From: an uncultured Armatimonadetes bacterium
Lineage (GTDB): Bacteria > Armatimonadota > Hebobacteria > Hebobacterales > Hebobacteraceae
Direction of reading: 5' to 3'
DNA: 64,000 nucleotides
Assembly: GCA_963716175.1 (NCBI GenBank)
Contig: OY970296.1
Location: 3,008,001 to 3,072,000, forward strand
Shown here: piece by piece, positions 28,510 through 39,042 of the stretch
Numbering within the stretch: the stretch's first letter is position 1
Layout: every line of letters begins with the position of its first letter
Notes under the pieces: model-generated
What the model was told of the DNA's origin: nothing
Seen by the model: only the letters and a program-made list of their open reading frames with translations
Database searches by the model: none
Position numbers and translations under genes: made by a program

Positions 28510-31500
28510 GTGAGCCTGCGCAGGATCGGCGACTACACGATCACCCGAGAGCTGGGACGCGGGGGCATGGGGACGGTCTACCAAGCGCTCTCAGCAGAGG
28601 GCGCAACGGTGGCCGTCAAGACGGTGGTCTGGCCCGACACCGTAGACCCGCGAGCCCGATGGAATGCGATAGAACGCTTTCAGCGCGAGGCGCGTGCGGC
28701 CCGCTCGCTCAGCCATCCCAACATCTGCCAGGTGCTCGACTTCGGCGCGGACGAGAACAGCCTTTTCCTCGTGATGGAGTTCCTGGATGGGGACACTGTC
28801 CGCCAGCTGATTGACTTGGCGGGGAAGATCGAGCTGGGGCGCGCGGTTCAGATCATGCACGCCGTAGGCGAGGCACTTGCGCATGCGCACGGCAAGGGGA
28901 TCATCCACCGGGATATCAAGCCAGGGAACATCATCGTCCTGCGCAACGGCCAGGTGAAGCTGACCGACTTCGGCCTGGCCTTCGTCGTCCACGAGACGCG
29001 CGTCACCGGAACGGGCGAAACCATGGGCACGCTGTTCTACCTGCCTCCTGAGCAAGTGCGGGGAGACAGAGTTGATGCGCGCTCGGACATATTCTCACTG
29101 GGTGCCACCTTCTACGAGATGGCGACCGGCGCCCCTCCCTTCCAGGCCGGGAGCCCCGCCGCGGTGATGCACCAGATCCTGACCAGGGATCCGCCGCCGG
29201 CGAAGGAGCTGCCCGAGAGTGCTTGCCGTATCCTCGAGAAGTGTCTCCGGAAGGATCCGCGGGAGCGATTCCAGAGTGCACGGGAGATGGTCGAGTCCTT
29301 GCGCGTGTTGGAGGGAGACGCCGCCCTCGTCGCCACGGCGGTGTTGCCCAAGGTAGAGTCGAAGGCGGCGGGCCGCCGCTGGCGAGGTCCGCTGCAACTG
29401 CTCCGGGCACTGAGAGGGTGGCGTGCCGTAGCGGCGGCCGCAGCCGTGCTGGCCGTTGGCGCCATAGCGCTGTTTAGAGCTGAGACCAGATCCCGCGGTC
29501 GGCCAATGACTGCCGCGGTCTCAGCTACAGAGCCCGGAGTGGTTGCCAGATTCCCTCCCAGCCTGAGGCCGCTCCGGCGAGGGCTGGTCGCCACCTATCT
29601 ATACGGTGGCGCGGGCCGCGTAGGGGGCATTGCGGTGCGAGCAGATGGCACTGTCCTCGTGACGGTTGGATCCGGCGACTCAGTTCCCCCTGGAGTATAC
29701 GTGGCTCGGGAGGGCGATGGCTGCGACCCAGGCGACGCCTACACAGAGCCGGGGAAGCCCTTTGTCGAGCCGATGGGTATTGCGGTTGGTCCGGATGGCC
29801 GGGTCCTGGTGGCCGACAGGGGGGCCTCGACCGTGTGGATGATCGCCGCGCCCGGCGCTCGTGCACAGGTGCTGACTCAGAGCATCCCCAGCCCTTGTGA
29901 TGTGTTGATTGCGCCTCCTGGTTTCCACGGTCCCAACGTGGACCCGGGAGACCTGCTGGTCTGCGCCAGCCGTTCTGCCCAGCCAGAGCGGTTCGGGCTG
30001 TACGTCGTGGACCGGAAGACCTCGGGCGTTCACCCTCTCGCCGGGCCTCCCGAACTCCAGGACGGGCTGCTTTACGCGGCGTTCGGGCCTGACGGCACCC
30101 TCTACGCCGTCGAAGACGACAGCAGCCAGGACGGCTACACCATCGTGACCATATCTCCCGAGGGCCGCTGCACCCGGATCGTTGGCAACCTGTGGCAGGA
30201 CTTCACCCCCTTCCCGCACACCGGACCCATCGCCGTACAGCCGGTGACGGGTCAGGTGTTCTTTGCCTACCACTCGACCATCTACCGCCTCGCGGCTGAC
30301 CGCGGGACGCCTGAAAAGTACGCCGTCGGGGGCCTGGAGATCACAGCTCTCGAGTTCAGCCCCGATGGCTCTGCTCTTCTTGCCAGCGATGCAAATGCCC
30401 GTGTCGTGGCGAAGATCGGGCCCTATCCGGTTGAAGGCAAACTGCTCGTGGCCGGCTGGTCTCAGACCACCCCCAAGAGAGAGGAGCCGGGGAGCGAGGA
30501 GTTCTGTTACGTGCTGGAGGGGCGGTCGGACAAGAAGGTCGTGGTCCCTGTTCGGCCGGGAGGCGATCTGTCACCTCTAGGCGCCGAGGTGGTCTATGAG
30601 TCCGAGAACGACTACCCCGGTGACAAGCCCTGGCGAAAGCGCTGCCACATCCTGAGGACCGATCTCGGCGGCCACAAGAAGGCCAATCTGACTGAGTCCA
30701 TAGGCGTGCGGGCGATCAACTGCTGTCCGCTGTGGTCACCGGACGGGTACAAGATCTCCTTCCTTCACTGTGATCCGGTCGAGGGTGTCAAGCCTTGTGA
30801 GACAGGCCTGGAAATATGGGTGATGAACGCTGATGGCACGGCACCACGGCGAGTGGCCCGGCCTGATGCCACAGCAGGGTTGGGGTCGCAGTCATTCCCG
30901 GAACGCTGGTGGTCGGTCAACGGGGACCGTGTCATCTACCGGTACGGCCACCAGGGTCAGGTCGTGAGCGTTGACCTGGACGGGACGGGCCGACAGATGC
31001 TGCCGATCTTCTCCGGCAACTTCTCGCCGGATGGATCGAGGATCGTGGACGAACGAACCAAGCCAGACGTCGTGAATGGAGAGCCGGGAGTATGGCGCCA
31101 GCTCTCCCTCACCGATGCCGATGGTGCCCACCCGCGGGTTCTACTTCAGCACTTCGTGAGCGACTCCGATGTGGCGAAGAACCTGCACGTGGCCAACGTT
31201 GACCTGCAGAACCCACGGTGGGCCAATGACGTCCGGGAGTGGGTCGGCCCGAAACGGGTCAAGTGGTCGCCCGATGGCAAACGCGTGGCCTTCCTGGCGG
31301 CGCTGCCCTTCGAGCCAGCCGGCAATACCTACTACTTCCAGGTCGAAGCCTGGATCTACGATCTCGCGACCGGCATCCTCGTCAGGCTCACAGACAACAC
31401 GGACGCAGAGAACAGCCTCAGCTGGCGTGGTCCCAACACCCATCCTGACCGCCCGCGAGTGACCGTTGGCAATACCACTGTGGCCTTCGCCGAAGTCACG

Positions 31501-31809
31501 AAGGCGGGCCTGACGACTGTGACCCAGGATGGCCATCCGCCGGCAGAGCCCGGCGGGTACCGCTTCTGCGGCGACTACTACCACATGAAGACCACCGCGC
31601 GATACCGCGGACCGGTCAAGATAGCTATGGCATATGCGGACAAGGACGTACCAGGTGGCGATGAGCGTGCCCTCGCCATCCTCCGCTACTCTGAGGGAAG
31701 CGGGAAGTGGGAGGACATCACTACCTCACGCGATACCAAGGCCAACGTCGTCACCGGGCAGGTTGACTCGATCGAGACTGGTCCCCCTCCTCGCGGGGGC
31801 CCACCGTGA
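28510..31809 (+). CDS. Membrane Ser/Thr protein kinase with extracellular NHL/TolB-like propellers
   Basis: LGRGGMGTVY, AVK, HRDIKPGN, DFG, YLPPE; one TM segment; WSPDG repeats. Confidence 0.9.
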   Translation: MSLRRIGDYTITRELGRGGMGTVYQALSAEGATVAVKTVVWPDTVDPRARWNAIERFQREARAARSLSHPNICQVLDFGADENSLFLVMEFLDGDTVRQLIDLAGKIELGRAVQIMHAVGEALAHAHGKGIIHRDIKPGNIIVLRNGQVKLTDFGLAFVVHETRVTGTGETMGTLFYLPPEQVRGDRVDARSDIFSLGATFYEMATGAPPFQAGSPAAVMHQILTRDPPPAKELPESACRILEKCLRKDPRERFQSAREMVESLRVLEGDAALVATAVLPKVESKAAGRRWRGPLQLLRALRGWRAVAAAAAVLAVGAIALFRAETRSRGRPMTAAVSATEPGVVARFPPSLRPLRRGLVATYLYGGAGRVGGIAVRADGTVLVTVGSGDSVPPGVYVAREGDGCDPGDAYTEPGKPFVEPMGIAVGPDGRVLVADRGASTVWMIAAPGARAQVLTQSIPSPCDVLIAPPGFHGPNVDPGDLLVCASRSAQPERFGLYVVDRKTSGVHPLAGPPELQDGLLYAAFGPDGTLYAVEDDSSQDGYTIVTISPEGRCTRIVGNLWQDFTPFPHTGPIAVQPVTGQVFFAYHSTIYRLAADRGTPEKYAVGGLEITALEFSPDGSALLASDANARVVAKIGPYPVEGKLLVAGWSQTTPKREEPGSEEFCYVLEGRSDKKVVVPVRPGGDLSPLGAEVVYESENDYPGDKPWRKRCHILRTDLGGHKKANLTESIGVRAINCCPLWSPDGYKISFLHCDPVEGVKPCETGLEIWVMNADGTAPRRVARPDATAGLGSQSFPERWWSVNGDRVIYRYGHQGQVVSVDLDGTGRQMLPIFSGNFSPDGSRIVDERTKPDVVNGEPGVWRQLSLTDADGAHPRVLLQHFVSDSDVAKNLHVANVDLQNPRWANDVREWVGPKRVKWSPDGKRVAFLAALPFEPAGNTYYFQVEAWIYDLATGILVRLTDNTDAENSLSWRGPNTHPDRPRVTVGNTTVAFAEVTKAGLTTVTQDGHPPAEPGGYRFCGDYYHMKTTARYRGPVKIAMAYADKDVPGGDERALAILRYSEGSGKWEDITTSRDTKANVVTGQVDSIETGPPPRGGPP

Positions 31810-31900
31810 GGCTCGCCGCAAACGGCAAGGTAGGTCGCGTTCAGGGGTTCGGCGGCCTATGCCGCCAGTTGGCCCCGGCAAAAGGCGCGCTACCCCATCA

Positions 31901-33022
31901 TTAGGCGAGGATCTCCCTCAACCGCCGCGCTGTACAATGAGCCCAGGGCCCGTGAGGCGGACAGCCCTGGAGAAGCACCGTCGCCAGCCCGTGGTAGACC
32001 AGGTAATCGAAATCGGCGCCGGCGTGTTCCTCTATCTGCTGGTGAATCCCGAACGCGGCCTCCGCAAGGCCCAGCCTGCCGAGCGCGCAAGGCCCGGGAA
32101 CGTCCTCCTGCCCCCCCGGGTATCCCCATAGCTTGCGCGGGCGCTGCGCTATGACGGGTTCCACAGCCAACCACACCTGCTGATTCACGCTCGCCGCATA
32201 CTCTCCACCGTAGTCCCTCAGGGCTCTGAGGCTATGGCCCAACTCGTACAGCGCTCCGTATTGGCGCTCGGCCTTGTCCAGCTTCTCCAGGTCGTCCGGG
32301 CCGATGCCCAGGCTCTCCCGGTAGTCCTCCAGCAGCTCCCTGGCGGCAGCGCTGTTCATGTGGTTGTCGTACTCAGTGGTGTACTGCTCAGCCTTGCTCC
32401 GCACTTGGTACCAGTTAAGGTCTGGCTGCTGTGCGATCAGGTGAAGCTTGTCCACCTCGTCCTTGGTGATAGCGCAGTCGGAGGCGTGGTTCATGAGTTC
32501 ACCTGCCTGCCAGAGCATCATCGCCCAGAGGGGCGGCCGACGCACCTCGGTCGCCTCCTGAGTTCCTCCCATCACCTGACACTGCTGGCTATCATCGAAC
32601 CATTGCGTGAGATCGGCCAGCAAGAGACGACCATGGAGCCTGGTGGTGTGGAATCTGATCAAGAGGTCGGGCTCCCCGCTCTCGCTTGCCCAGCACCGCT
32701 CCACGTAGAATGGCTCGGGGGTCACCGGTATCTTCAGGAGGGCCCTTTTCGCCTGCTGCGGATCCAGAGGGCGACAGCGCCCGGCCTGGGGGGGGTCGTA
32801 CATGGCCGGCACATAGCCTCCTTGATCCATCGCCTGCATGAAAGGATCGAGCTGCTCATGGCGGATCAGCAACTGCAGGTCATCCGAGAGCGTCATCCCC
32901 CATGGTTGCCAGGAGTCAAGCGCTACGTCTCCGACGTACAGCACGTCCACCTTCGCGCGCCTGAGCACGTCAACTAGGCCACGCGCCATCGCGCACTTCA
33001 CCTGCCTCATGTCCGCTGGCAT
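31901..33022 (-). CDS. Hypothetical protein, possibly a divergent nucleotidyltransferase-like fold
   Basis: 373-aa ORF; VLYVGDVAL...SDDLQLLI loosely resembles the G..A...D.D motif of NTP_transf_5 proteins. Confidence 0.45.
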   Translation of the reverse strand: MPADMRQVKCAMARGLVDVLRRAKVDVLYVGDVALDSWQPWGMTLSDDLQLLIRHEQLDPFMQAMDQGGYVPAMYDPPQAGRCRPLDPQQAKRALLKIPVTPEPFYVERCWASESGEPDLLIRFHTTRLHGRLLLADLTQWFDDSQQCQVMGGTQEATEVRRPPLWAMMLWQAGELMNHASDCAITKDEVDKLHLIAQQPDLNWYQVRSKAEQYTTEYDNHMNSAAARELLEDYRESLGIGPDDLEKLDKAERQYGALYELGHSLRALRDYGGEYAASVNQQVWLAVEPVIAQRPRKLWGYPGGQEDVPGPCALGRLGLAEAAFGIHQQIEEHAGADFDYLVYHGLATVLLQGCPPHGPWAHCTARRLREILA

Positions 33023-33592
33023 CTGCGCCTCTTTCGCCTCCGAATTGCATTATGGGTGCACACCCGAGGCGGTGGGTCGGAAACGGGAGCATCGAGGAGG
33101 TCCCATGGCACCAGTGACGGCAGCACGGGATGAGACCTGACCGGACTTGCATCCGCGCCCTCGGGGCGAGCCGTCGGGGGAACACCATCCAGCGAGGAAG
33201 CCGCGCGCGAATCCGGTCCCCGCAGGCCCGCTCGCCTCGGCACGAGCTGAAGACGCATCACGCCCCCCCGCGAGGTGCTCACGAGAGCGATCGGAATGCG
33301 TCAGCGGGATTGGGTTGCACCTCGGCCCGGTAAGTCTACACGGCTTGCCATCCCCAAGTCAAGTGCAAGTCGGCACGGCAGTTGTGTCGCTGGGCAGCAT
33401 GATTCGCCATGGCGAGCATGTCCCACCATGCCGCCTCCGTACACTTGCCCATGCTGGTCAGCAGGTCGCTGAACTGCCTCCCGCCAGGCTGCCCCAGTTC
33501 GCTGTTAGCGAGCGCCTCGCCCCTCGCAGGTCGGCCCAAGCCCCCCGCCCGTCACGGCACCGGAAACGGCGCGGAAATCCCACTGCGCCCTC

Positions 33593-33620
33593 TTGACATG
33601 CCGGCTACCTGTGGTATCAT
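33593..33620 (+). promoter_or_regulatory. Promoter of the padR operon
   Basis: TTGACA-16bp-TATCAT with TG extension; imperfect palindrome ACGA..TCGT downstream. Confidence 0.55.
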
Positions 33621-33659
33621 GTGATACGAGACGATATATTACGCGTCGTTATAGAGCGG

Positions 33660-34352
33660 ATGCGACAGGAACATCCAACAACTCTCGAGTACGCTATCCT
33701 GGGCCTGATCGGGATCTCCCCGGCGACCGGCTACGACATCCATAAGGTCTTCGCCACGACGCCTCTGGCGCACTTCAGCTCCAGTCCCGGGGCGATCTAC
33801 CCCGCACTGCGCCGCCTCGGCCAGCGCGGCTTGCTGGCAGCTCAGTTGGACAGGACGATAGAGGCGCGGCCCCGCCGCGTGTACGCTCTCACCAAGGCCG
33901 GCAGGGAGCATCTCGTCTCCTGGCTTCGGCAGGCTGTCACCCGGGAGGAGCTGATCCGCGGTGCTGGGGCTCCCATCCTTCGTTTCGCTCTGGCCGAGGG
34001 ACGGGTCGCCAAACGGGAGGTCCTCGCATACCTCGGCAGCTATCGGCGCGCGCTTGAGTCCTACCTCGAAGAGCTCCACGAGTACAGTCGGAGAATGCAC
34101 GCCGATGCAGGGCTTCACCCGCGCCTCGCCCTCGAACACGGGATGCGTGGCTACCAGGGCGAGCTAGACTGGGTCGAGTCGGCCATCTTACAGATCAAAC
34201 GCGCACGCCGCAGCTCCTCGCAGCGGCGGGAGTCGCGCCCAAGACCGGAACGCACAGGAGGCGATGATGCTGCAGGGACTGTCGCGAAGCATGCTGAGCA
34301 TTTGTCTCGTGTTGGTGCTGTTCTCCGGCATCGCCGTCGCGGCCGGGGGTGA
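33660..34352 (+). CDS. PadR-family transcriptional regulator
   Basis: LEYAILGL...TGYDI...SPGAIYPALRRL...RRVYALTKAG; the C-terminal tail overlaps the next gene. Confidence 0.85.
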   Translation: MRQEHPTTLEYAILGLIGISPATGYDIHKVFATTPLAHFSSSPGAIYPALRRLGQRGLLAAQLDRTIEARPRRVYALTKAGREHLVSWLRQAVTREELIRGAGAPILRFALAEGRVAKREVLAYLGSYRRALESYLEELHEYSRRMHADAGLHPRLALEHGMRGYQGELDWVESAILQIKRARRSSSQRRESRPRPERTGGDDAAGTVAKHAEHLSRVGAVLRHRRRGRG

Positions 34353-35326
34353 AGGCCAAGTGGCTGCGCCGCAGCCATCCCCGGGCGAGTCGAAGATCTG
34401 GGGCTGGTGGACCCTGGTGCCCTGGGACGGCCGCCCAGTCGGAGCGTCGGCCTGGGCTGATGTCCTCAACCAGGCCTTCGACCTCACGCGCAAAGGGAAG
34501 GCTGGCGAGCAGCACCGTTATCAGATCAAGCGCACCAACCTCACGGTGGACCGCCAAGGGAAGGTCGTCGGCCGCATGACCGCCGAGGCCCAGCTTGCCC
34601 GCACGCTTCTCCGCGAAGCCGAGCCCGGCGTCTGGCTGGAGCGCTGTGAGTGGGAGCGTTTCGCCGTAGCCCAGGGCATGGGCCCGGACGACTACCCGAA
34701 GCCTCAGGAGCTGCCAGGCGGCCGGGGCATCTCCTACGAGTTCTCACCTCGCACCTTCGACTACGTCAACCCGCCCGCCGACTTCGCGCGCGTCGGCGAC
34801 GAGGTCGGCGGCTACCTGCTCAAGGTTCTCACTATGGACGCCATGGGCTGGGACGCGATCCTCCGCGCGCTTGGCGATGAGTTCAGGGGCGGAGTCCGCA
34901 TCGGCGACACCTGGCGCCACACCGAGTTCGAGCCCTGGGATATCACGCGGGTCGGCAGTGAGGGCCTCGATAGGCCGGTACCACGCGGGTGAGATGCAAG
35001 TTGGCGTCGTCGGCCTGACCCGTTTCGGCGGCGAGCCCTGCGTGCTCATCTGGCTCTCGATGGAGGGCAACAAGGTGAGCCAGAATATCGCCACTCCGCA
35101 GTTCTCCATGAACATGCAGAGTACCGAGTACTTCCGCGGCGAGCTTGCCGCCTCTCTTCTCGACGGCCGCCTCGTCTCCATGGAGCTGTGGGGCTCCTTG
35201 CCCTGCGTCATGGAGATGGGCTTCGGGGGCCAGCCTCCCACCGAGCAGCCCATCGGCGCCATCGTCCAGCAGGTTAGCATGTGGGAGATCGCGGCTACTC
35301 CACAGACCAAGACATCCGGGCAGTAG
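34264..35326 (+). CDS. Secreted hypothetical protein, split by a frameshift near 34968
   Basis: Signal peptide; ORF 34264-34992 continues plausibly in the frame ending at 35326. Confidence 0.55.
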
Positions 35327-35358
35327 GATCATAGCGTCACCATCAGTCCGCCGCGCAG

Positions 35359-35472
35359 TGTCGCGACGGCCCATCTCTCCAGGGCGCAGTTGCCTGCAGC
35401 CTCGAGCAGCCTGGAGCTGATTCGGCCCGGGGCCAGCGCCGCGAGAACGCCTCAAGCAGGACTGCTCCGAGC
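35359..35472 (-). repeat. Degenerate fragment of the rnpB 3' region (copy C)
   Basis: tgtcgcga-cggcccatctctccagggc...gcagcctcgagcagcc...gctgattcggc aligns with 26273-26360 (tgtcgcga-gcgtccatctatctagggc...gcagcctcaagcggcc...gctgatgcggc). Confidence 0.7.
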
Positions 35473-35514
35473 CGCGCCGAACCTCGCGCCCGATCGCGGC
35501 CCCGGAGGAAACAC

Positions 35515-36273
35515 ATGAAAGGCGTTGTGCTCGCGGGTGGACTGGGCACCCGGCTCTACCCGCTGACCAAGGCAACCAACAAGCACCTGCTCCCGGTCTA
35601 CGACCGGTGCATGGTGCACTATGCCATTGGCAATCTTGTTCGGGCCGGGATTACCCACGTCATTGTGGTAACTGGTGGCCCCCATGCCGGCGATTTCGTC
35701 CGTGTCCTGGGGAATGGCAAGGGTCTCGGTGTCGAGCACCTGGAATACGGCTATCAGGAGGGGGAGGGCGGGATCGCCGAGGCCCTGGGCGTGACCGAGG
35801 ATTTCGCCGAAGGCGGCCCAGTGATGGTGGTGTTGGGCGACAACTTCACCGACGCCGACCTCGGCCCCGCCGTGCGCGGGTTCAAGTCCGGCGCGCACCT
35901 CTTCTTGAAGCAGGTCCCTGACCCCAGGGACTACGGAGTGGCGGTGTTCGACGAGAACGACCCCTCGCGCATCGTCCGCATCGAGGAAAAGCCGAAGCAG
36001 CCCAAGAGCAACTACGCCGTGACCGGCTTCTACATCTACGACCGCCGCGCCTTCGACTACATCCGCCAGTCCGAGCCCTCCGCCCGCGGCGAGCTTGAGA
36101 TCACCACCGTCAATAACTTCTACATTCGGGATGGCCTTATGACCTGGAGCGAGCTGGATGGCCTCTGGCTCGACTGCGGGTCCTTCGAGGGCCTGTTCGA
36201 GGCCAATCGCGTGGTGGCCGACGCCCGCCGCAAGGGCGAAAAGCGCTTCCTCCCGCAGGTGGAACCAGGGTAG
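35515..36273 (+). CDS. Sugar-phosphate nucleotidyltransferase (RmlA/SpsI-like)
   Basis: GVVLAGGLGTRLYPLT, KHLLPVYD, EEKP, RGELEIT. Confidence 0.9.
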   Translation: MKGVVLAGGLGTRLYPLTKATNKHLLPVYDRCMVHYAIGNLVRAGITHVIVVTGGPHAGDFVRVLGNGKGLGVEHLEYGYQEGEGGIAEALGVTEDFAEGGPVMVVLGDNFTDADLGPAVRGFKSGAHLFLKQVPDPRDYGVAVFDENDPSRIVRIEEKPKQPKSNYAVTGFYIYDRRAFDYIRQSEPSARGELEITTVNNFYIRDGLMTWSELDGLWLDCGSFEGLFEANRVVADARRKGEKRFLPQVEPG

Positions 36274-36278
36274 GCCAG

Positions 36279-37598
36279 CTAGTGCTGCTTGATCAGGCCC
36301 CGATAGGCCAGGTGCATCATATACTGATCCAGCAGCACCAGCGCCACGAACGCCTCTGCCACCGGCCACACCCGGGGCACGATCGTCGGGTCGCGGCGGG
36401 TGACCGCGGCCAGCACGCGGTTCTCCAGTGATACCTTGTCTATGGTGTGTTGTTCCTTGGCGATGGTGGGCGTCGGCTTCACCGTGATCCGCGCCACGAT
36501 GGGCTGCCCGGTGGTCAGTCCCCCGGTGATCCCTCCCGCGTGGTTCGATCGAAACTTGACCTGTCCCCCCTCGACATACATCTCATCATTGAACTGCGAC
36601 CCGCGGCTGTCTTTCGCCGCCACGCCATCACCGATCTCCACTGCCTTCACCGTGCCGATGCTCAGCATCCGCCCTAGCTCCCCATCCAGCTTGCGAAAGA
36701 CGGGCTCGCCCACCCCGGGCGGAACTCCGGTGGCGATCACCTCCACCACACCGCCGCTGGAATCCCCCGCCTCCGCTATCTCCATGATCCTCCGGTACAT
36801 CTCATCCGCCGCCGCTAGGTCGGGGCAGTTCAGCTTCGGGTGGATGCCGTGCTCGGCGCGGATGCCCTCCTCGGCCATTTCTCGCCACTTCAGCCCGGGG
36901 ATCTCCCGCTCGAACTCCGCCAGCACCGCCATCTTCTCCAGAAATCGCATCCCCGGCTTCAGCCGGCCGGAGACGAACATCGCCTCATAGACCGGATCGT
37001 GCTGCCGCCGCACTTCCTTGTACGCCGCGACCTTCTGCTTGATACTCTCCACCGGCAGCTCTGGCGCCCGCACCCCGGCCGCCTCCTTCACATAGCCGAC
37101 CACTTCGATGCCGTGGTCGCGCAGCACGCGCTTCGCCACTGCCCCTGCCGCCACGATAGTCGCGGTGTACCGCCCGCTGAAGAACCCGGCCCCGATCGCG
37201 TCATCCCACATCCCGTACTTCTGATAGGAGGCATACGAGGCGTGCCCCGGCCTCGGCGTGCGGTTGGTCACCTGGTACTGCTCGATATGCTCGAAATGCC
37301 GGTCCAGGTTCGGGATCAGGATCACCAGAGGAGTGCCGTTGGTGCACCCTGCGTTCTCGAACCCTGGCATGGTGTCCGCCGCGTTCACCCCGCTGTAGAT
37401 GATCGGGATGTCCGGCTCTCGGCGGGGCGAGGTCAGCTCTCCCTGCCCTGGCTTCCGCACCAGCAGCTCGCGGTAGATCTCCTCCTCTGTGATCAGCAGC
37501 CCAGGAGGCACCCCTTGCAGGTGGACCGTGAGGCCCTCTTGATAGGAGCCCCCCGCCACCGCCACCTTGAACAGCGTCCCCATATCGCAGCCCAGCAT
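36279..37598 (-). CDS. aroC: Chorismate synthase (divergent, with internal insertion)
   Basis: PRPGHA, GDSSGG, SNHAGGITGG, KPTPTI, RRDP. Confidence 0.9.
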   Translation of the reverse strand: MLGCDMGTLFKVAVAGGSYQEGLTVHLQGVPPGLLITEEEIYRELLVRKPGQGELTSPRREPDIPIIYSGVNAADTMPGFENAGCTNGTPLVILIPNLDRHFEHIEQYQVTNRTPRPGHASYASYQKYGMWDDAIGAGFFSGRYTATIVAAGAVAKRVLRDHGIEVVGYVKEAAGVRAPELPVESIKQKVAAYKEVRRQHDPVYEAMFVSGRLKPGMRFLEKMAVLAEFEREIPGLKWREMAEEGIRAEHGIHPKLNCPDLAAADEMYRRIMEIAEAGDSSGGVVEVIATGVPPGVGEPVFRKLDGELGRMLSIGTVKAVEIGDGVAAKDSRGSQFNDEMYVEGGQVKFRSNHAGGITGGLTTGQPIVARITVKPTPTIAKEQHTIDKVSLENRVLAAVTRRDPTIVPRVWPVAEAFVALVLLDQYMMHLAYRGLIKQH

Positions 37599-37618
37599 TG
37601 CCGCCGCCTCTCGCCCGC

Positions 37619-38959
37619 CTATTCCTCGATGCTGATGTCGGCTCCCAGTGCCTTCATGCAGTCCGCGAACTCCGGGAAGGTCACCGCTGCCGCCTCCGCA
37701 CCGTGCACGACAGTGGTTCCAGAGATGGCGCATCCCGCCACCGCCAGCGCCATTACTATCCGGTGGTCCCCGTGTCCCTCCACTTCCGCGCCGCCCAGCT
37801 CGCTCTCGTGTACGACCAGCCCATCTTCGAGTTCCTCTACCTCCGCCCCCAACTTCCTCAGCTCACATGCCATCACCGCGATCCGGTCAGACTCCTTGAT
37901 CCTTGCCTGCGGCACATTCACCAGCCGCGTCGCGCCCCTGGCGAAACACCCCAGCACGGCCAGGGTGGGCAGCGCGTCCGGTGTCGCGTTCAGGTCCAGT
38001 TCGCACCCCGCCAACTGGTGCGCCTCCACCCCGATCCAGTCGCCCCGCGCGCGCACGTGGGCCCCCATCTGGCTGATGTAATCGGCCACCGCCTTATCGC
38101 CCTGCGTATCCGTCAGATCCAGCCCCCGCAGCACGATCTCATTGTCATTCAGCGCGCCTGCCCCCAGGAAAAACGTCGCCGACGACCAGTCCGCCGGGAT
38201 CGCCCGGTCCACCGGCCGGTACTGCTGCCCCCCGGGCACGCGGAACTCCCGCAGCCCGTCTTGCTGGAACACGATCCCCTGGCGCCGCAGCCAGTCCAAA
38301 GTCATCTCCACATAGGGCGCTTCGTTCAGCTTAGTGACGTGGATCGCGCAGTCTCCATCCGCCAGCGGCGCGTTGATCAGTAGCCCGGTCACGTACTGGC
38401 TGGTGCTGCCCTCGATGGAGGTCTCCCCGCCCCGCAGCCGCCCCTCCACCACAAAGGGCGCGCTGCCTGTGCCCCGCGTGGACCGCACTTTCGCCCCCAG
38501 GTCGTTGAGAGATTCCGCCAGCGGCCCCGCCGGCCGCCGCCGGATCTGCTCGTCCCCGGTCAGCACCGCTATCCCTTCTCGCAGCAGCGCGCAGGTGCCC
38601 AGCGCCGTCCGCAGCGTCACCCCGGAATTGCGCACATCAATCACGTTCTCCGGGACGCGGATCTCGCCCCGCGTCCCGCGCACGCTCCACACCTGTGGGG
38701 CGGGCATGTCGGAGTTTACCCTGAGCGAAGCCGAAGGGCATGCCCGCTGGCCGTTCCCCGCCGCTCCCGTCTCTATCTCCGCGCCCAGCGCCTGATAGGC
38801 CTCCACCGCCGCCAGGGTGTCATTGGAAACCAGTGGCTCCCGGATCGCGCTCTCGCCTTGCGCCAGGCTGGCGATCGCCACCGCCCGGATGGTGTGCGAT
38901 TTCGACCCGGGAATACGCACCTCGCCCCGCAGCCGCGACTGGCGGCACACCAGCTTCAT
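37619..38959 (-). CDS. aroA: EPSP synthase
   Basis: PGSKSH, NSGVTLR, SQY, KESDRI, DHRI. Confidence 0.95.
   Translation of the reverse strand: MKLVCRQSRLRGEVRIPGSKSHTIRAVAIASLAQGESAIREPLVSNDTLAAVEAYQALGAEIETGAAGNGQRACPSASLRVNSDMPAPQVWSVRGTRGEIRVPENVIDVRNSGVTLRTALGTCALLREGIAVLTGDEQIRRRPAGPLAESLNDLGAKVRSTRGTGSAPFVVEGRLRGGETSIEGSTSQYVTGLLINAPLADGDCAIHVTKLNEAPYVEMTLDWLRRQGIVFQQDGLREFRVPGGQQYRPVDRAIPADWSSATFFLGAGALNDNEIVLRGLDLTDTQGDKAVADYISQMGAHVRARGDWIGVEAHQLAGCELDLNATPDALPTLAVLGCFARGATRLVNVPQARIKESDRIAVMACELRKLGAEVEELEDGLVVHESELGGAEVEGHGDHRIVMALAVAGCAISGTTVVHGAEAAAVTFPEFADCMKALGADISIEE
38695..38757 (+). repeat. GTGG-type REP-like palindrome with a nested element, inserted in frame in aroA
   Basis: GTGG-GGCGGGCATG [tcggagtttaccctgagcgaagccgaaggg] CATGCCCGC. 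Confidence 0.65.
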
Positions 38960-39042
38960 GCTCGCACCCCGACTCTCATCCGCGTTTCCCCCGCTGCCTC
39001 CTGCTCGGCGCCAGCGAGTAGGGGAGGAGGCACAGCGGAGAG

